Assembly: GCA_038231455.1 (NCBI GenBank)
Contig: JBBRLI010000019.1
Location: 1 to 57,001 of the forward strand
Source of the DNA: Vulcanimicrobiales bacterium
GTDB taxonomy: Bacteria; Vulcanimicrobiota; Vulcanimicrobiia; Vulcanimicrobiales; Vulcanimicrobiaceae
Direction of reading: 5' to 3'
Length of the DNA stretch: 57,001 bases
Shown here piece by piece: positions 52,600 through 57,001 of this stretch. Position numbers and translations under genes: made by a program. The notes beneath the pieces are model-generated. The model was not told the DNA's origin. It did not search any database and saw only the letters and a list, made by a program, of their open reading frames with translations. The first letter of the stretch is position 1, and each line of letters begins with the position of its first letter.

Positions 52600-53154
52600 G
52601 TGCACCTGGAAGTCTGGAACACGGTCGCTACGGTTGGCACGTTCGTCGTCGTCCTGCTCACCGGGGGAGCAGCCCTCGTTCAACTGCGCCACCTGCGCGT
52701 CAACAATCAACTCCACGCATTACTTGCCATCCTAAGCATGCCGATGGAACAGCGGCTCGCAGAGGCCTTCGAATTCGTGACGGGCGACTTTCGCACGTCC
52801 ATCAACGACGAAACGTTTCGCGCCCAGCTAGCCGATTCGGTGGCCCCCGATCGGCGCGCGCATAAAGAACTGCGCGTCTGCGATTATTACGAACGTCTCG
52901 GTTCGTGCATCAAACTCGGGCTGATCCCCGAGCGGCTCTATTTCGATAACAGTTCGCCCGAGCGATTTTGGGAAATCCTCGAACCCGCAATCGCTCTCTA
53001 TCGAATCAAACGCGGCCCCGTTGCCTACGAAAATTTCGAGTACCTCGTGATGCGTTCACGCGAATGGGACCGCAAAAACCCGTACGGCTCGTATCCGGCA
53101 GGCATGCCGCGCGCGACCCTCCCGCCCGTCGATTCCGGCTCCGGTCAGTCTTAA
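52600..53154 (+). CDS. Hypothetical protein with N-terminal TM helix (DUF4760-like)
   Basis: WNTVATVGTFVVV...ALVQLRHLR..NQL, DYYERLG, YENFEYL; start uncertain (GTG 52582 or 52600). Confidence 0.65.
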   Translation: MHLEVWNTVATVGTFVVVLLTGGAALVQLRHLRVNNQLHALLAILSMPMEQRLAEAFEFVTGDFRTSINDETFRAQLADSVAPDRRAHKELRVCDYYERLGSCIKLGLIPERLYFDNSSPERFWEILEPAIALYRIKRGPVAYENFEYLVMRSREWDRKNPYGSYPAGMPRATLPPVDSGSGQS

Positions 53155-53191
53155 AAAAAAAGCCCCGCGATTTTTTCGCGGGGCTTTTTTT
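53153..53191. terminator. Bidirectional intrinsic terminator downstream of rpoC
   Basis: AAAAAAAAAGCCCCGCGA-TTTTT-TCGCGGGGCTTTTTTT. Confidence 0.9.
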
Positions 53192-53196
53192 CTTGC

Positions 53197-56988
<3,792 letters not shown>

Positions 56989-57001
56989 GCTGAATTTTGC
57001 C

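Overview
High-GC chromosomal window from a diderm bacterium with Terrabacteria-type housekeeping genes. RpoC is unsplit and lacks a large SI3 insert, RpsL carries a long insertion, and a TonB-dependent receptor and a TonB domain are present. This is most consistent with Vulcanimicrobiota/Eremiobacterota (inference, not verified). The core landmarks are rpoC (53197-56988) and the str operon rpsL-rpsG-fusA-tuf-rpsJ (15469-20141). They are separated by about 33 kb of accessory genes, and rpsJ ends the operon without rplC. Accessory content includes a Liv-type ABC importer, two TetR regulators, DHA2 MFS pumps, a frameshifted FAD monooxygenase, glutaryl-CoA-type dehydrogenase, a frameshifted DUF5916-like outer-membrane protein, a three-copy array of secreted 'PEIGRV' proteins, a YqcI/YcgG (GntA/DcsA-like) plus DUF1989 pair, a TM0106 nuclease-helicase, an M28 peptidase, a TonB-dependent receptor/OmpR/sensor-kinase operon, pirin, RecQ, an orphan MCP with a stand-alone TonB_C gene, and a carotenoid glycosyl-ester tailoring operon. 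The best leads are: (1) a TonB-dependent receptor with a ~246-aa C-terminal extension translationally coupled to a two-component system; (2) soluble secreted proteins carrying a motif like the receptor's putative TonB box, plus an anchorless TonB_C protein; (3) a 3.8-kb tetR-MFS-monooxygenase cassette bounded exactly by a 24-bp direct repeat of a palindromic operator that supplies both terminal stop codons. No rRNA, tRNA, CRISPR array, transposase or integrase was recognised. All family calls come from motif recognition by eye; no searches were run.
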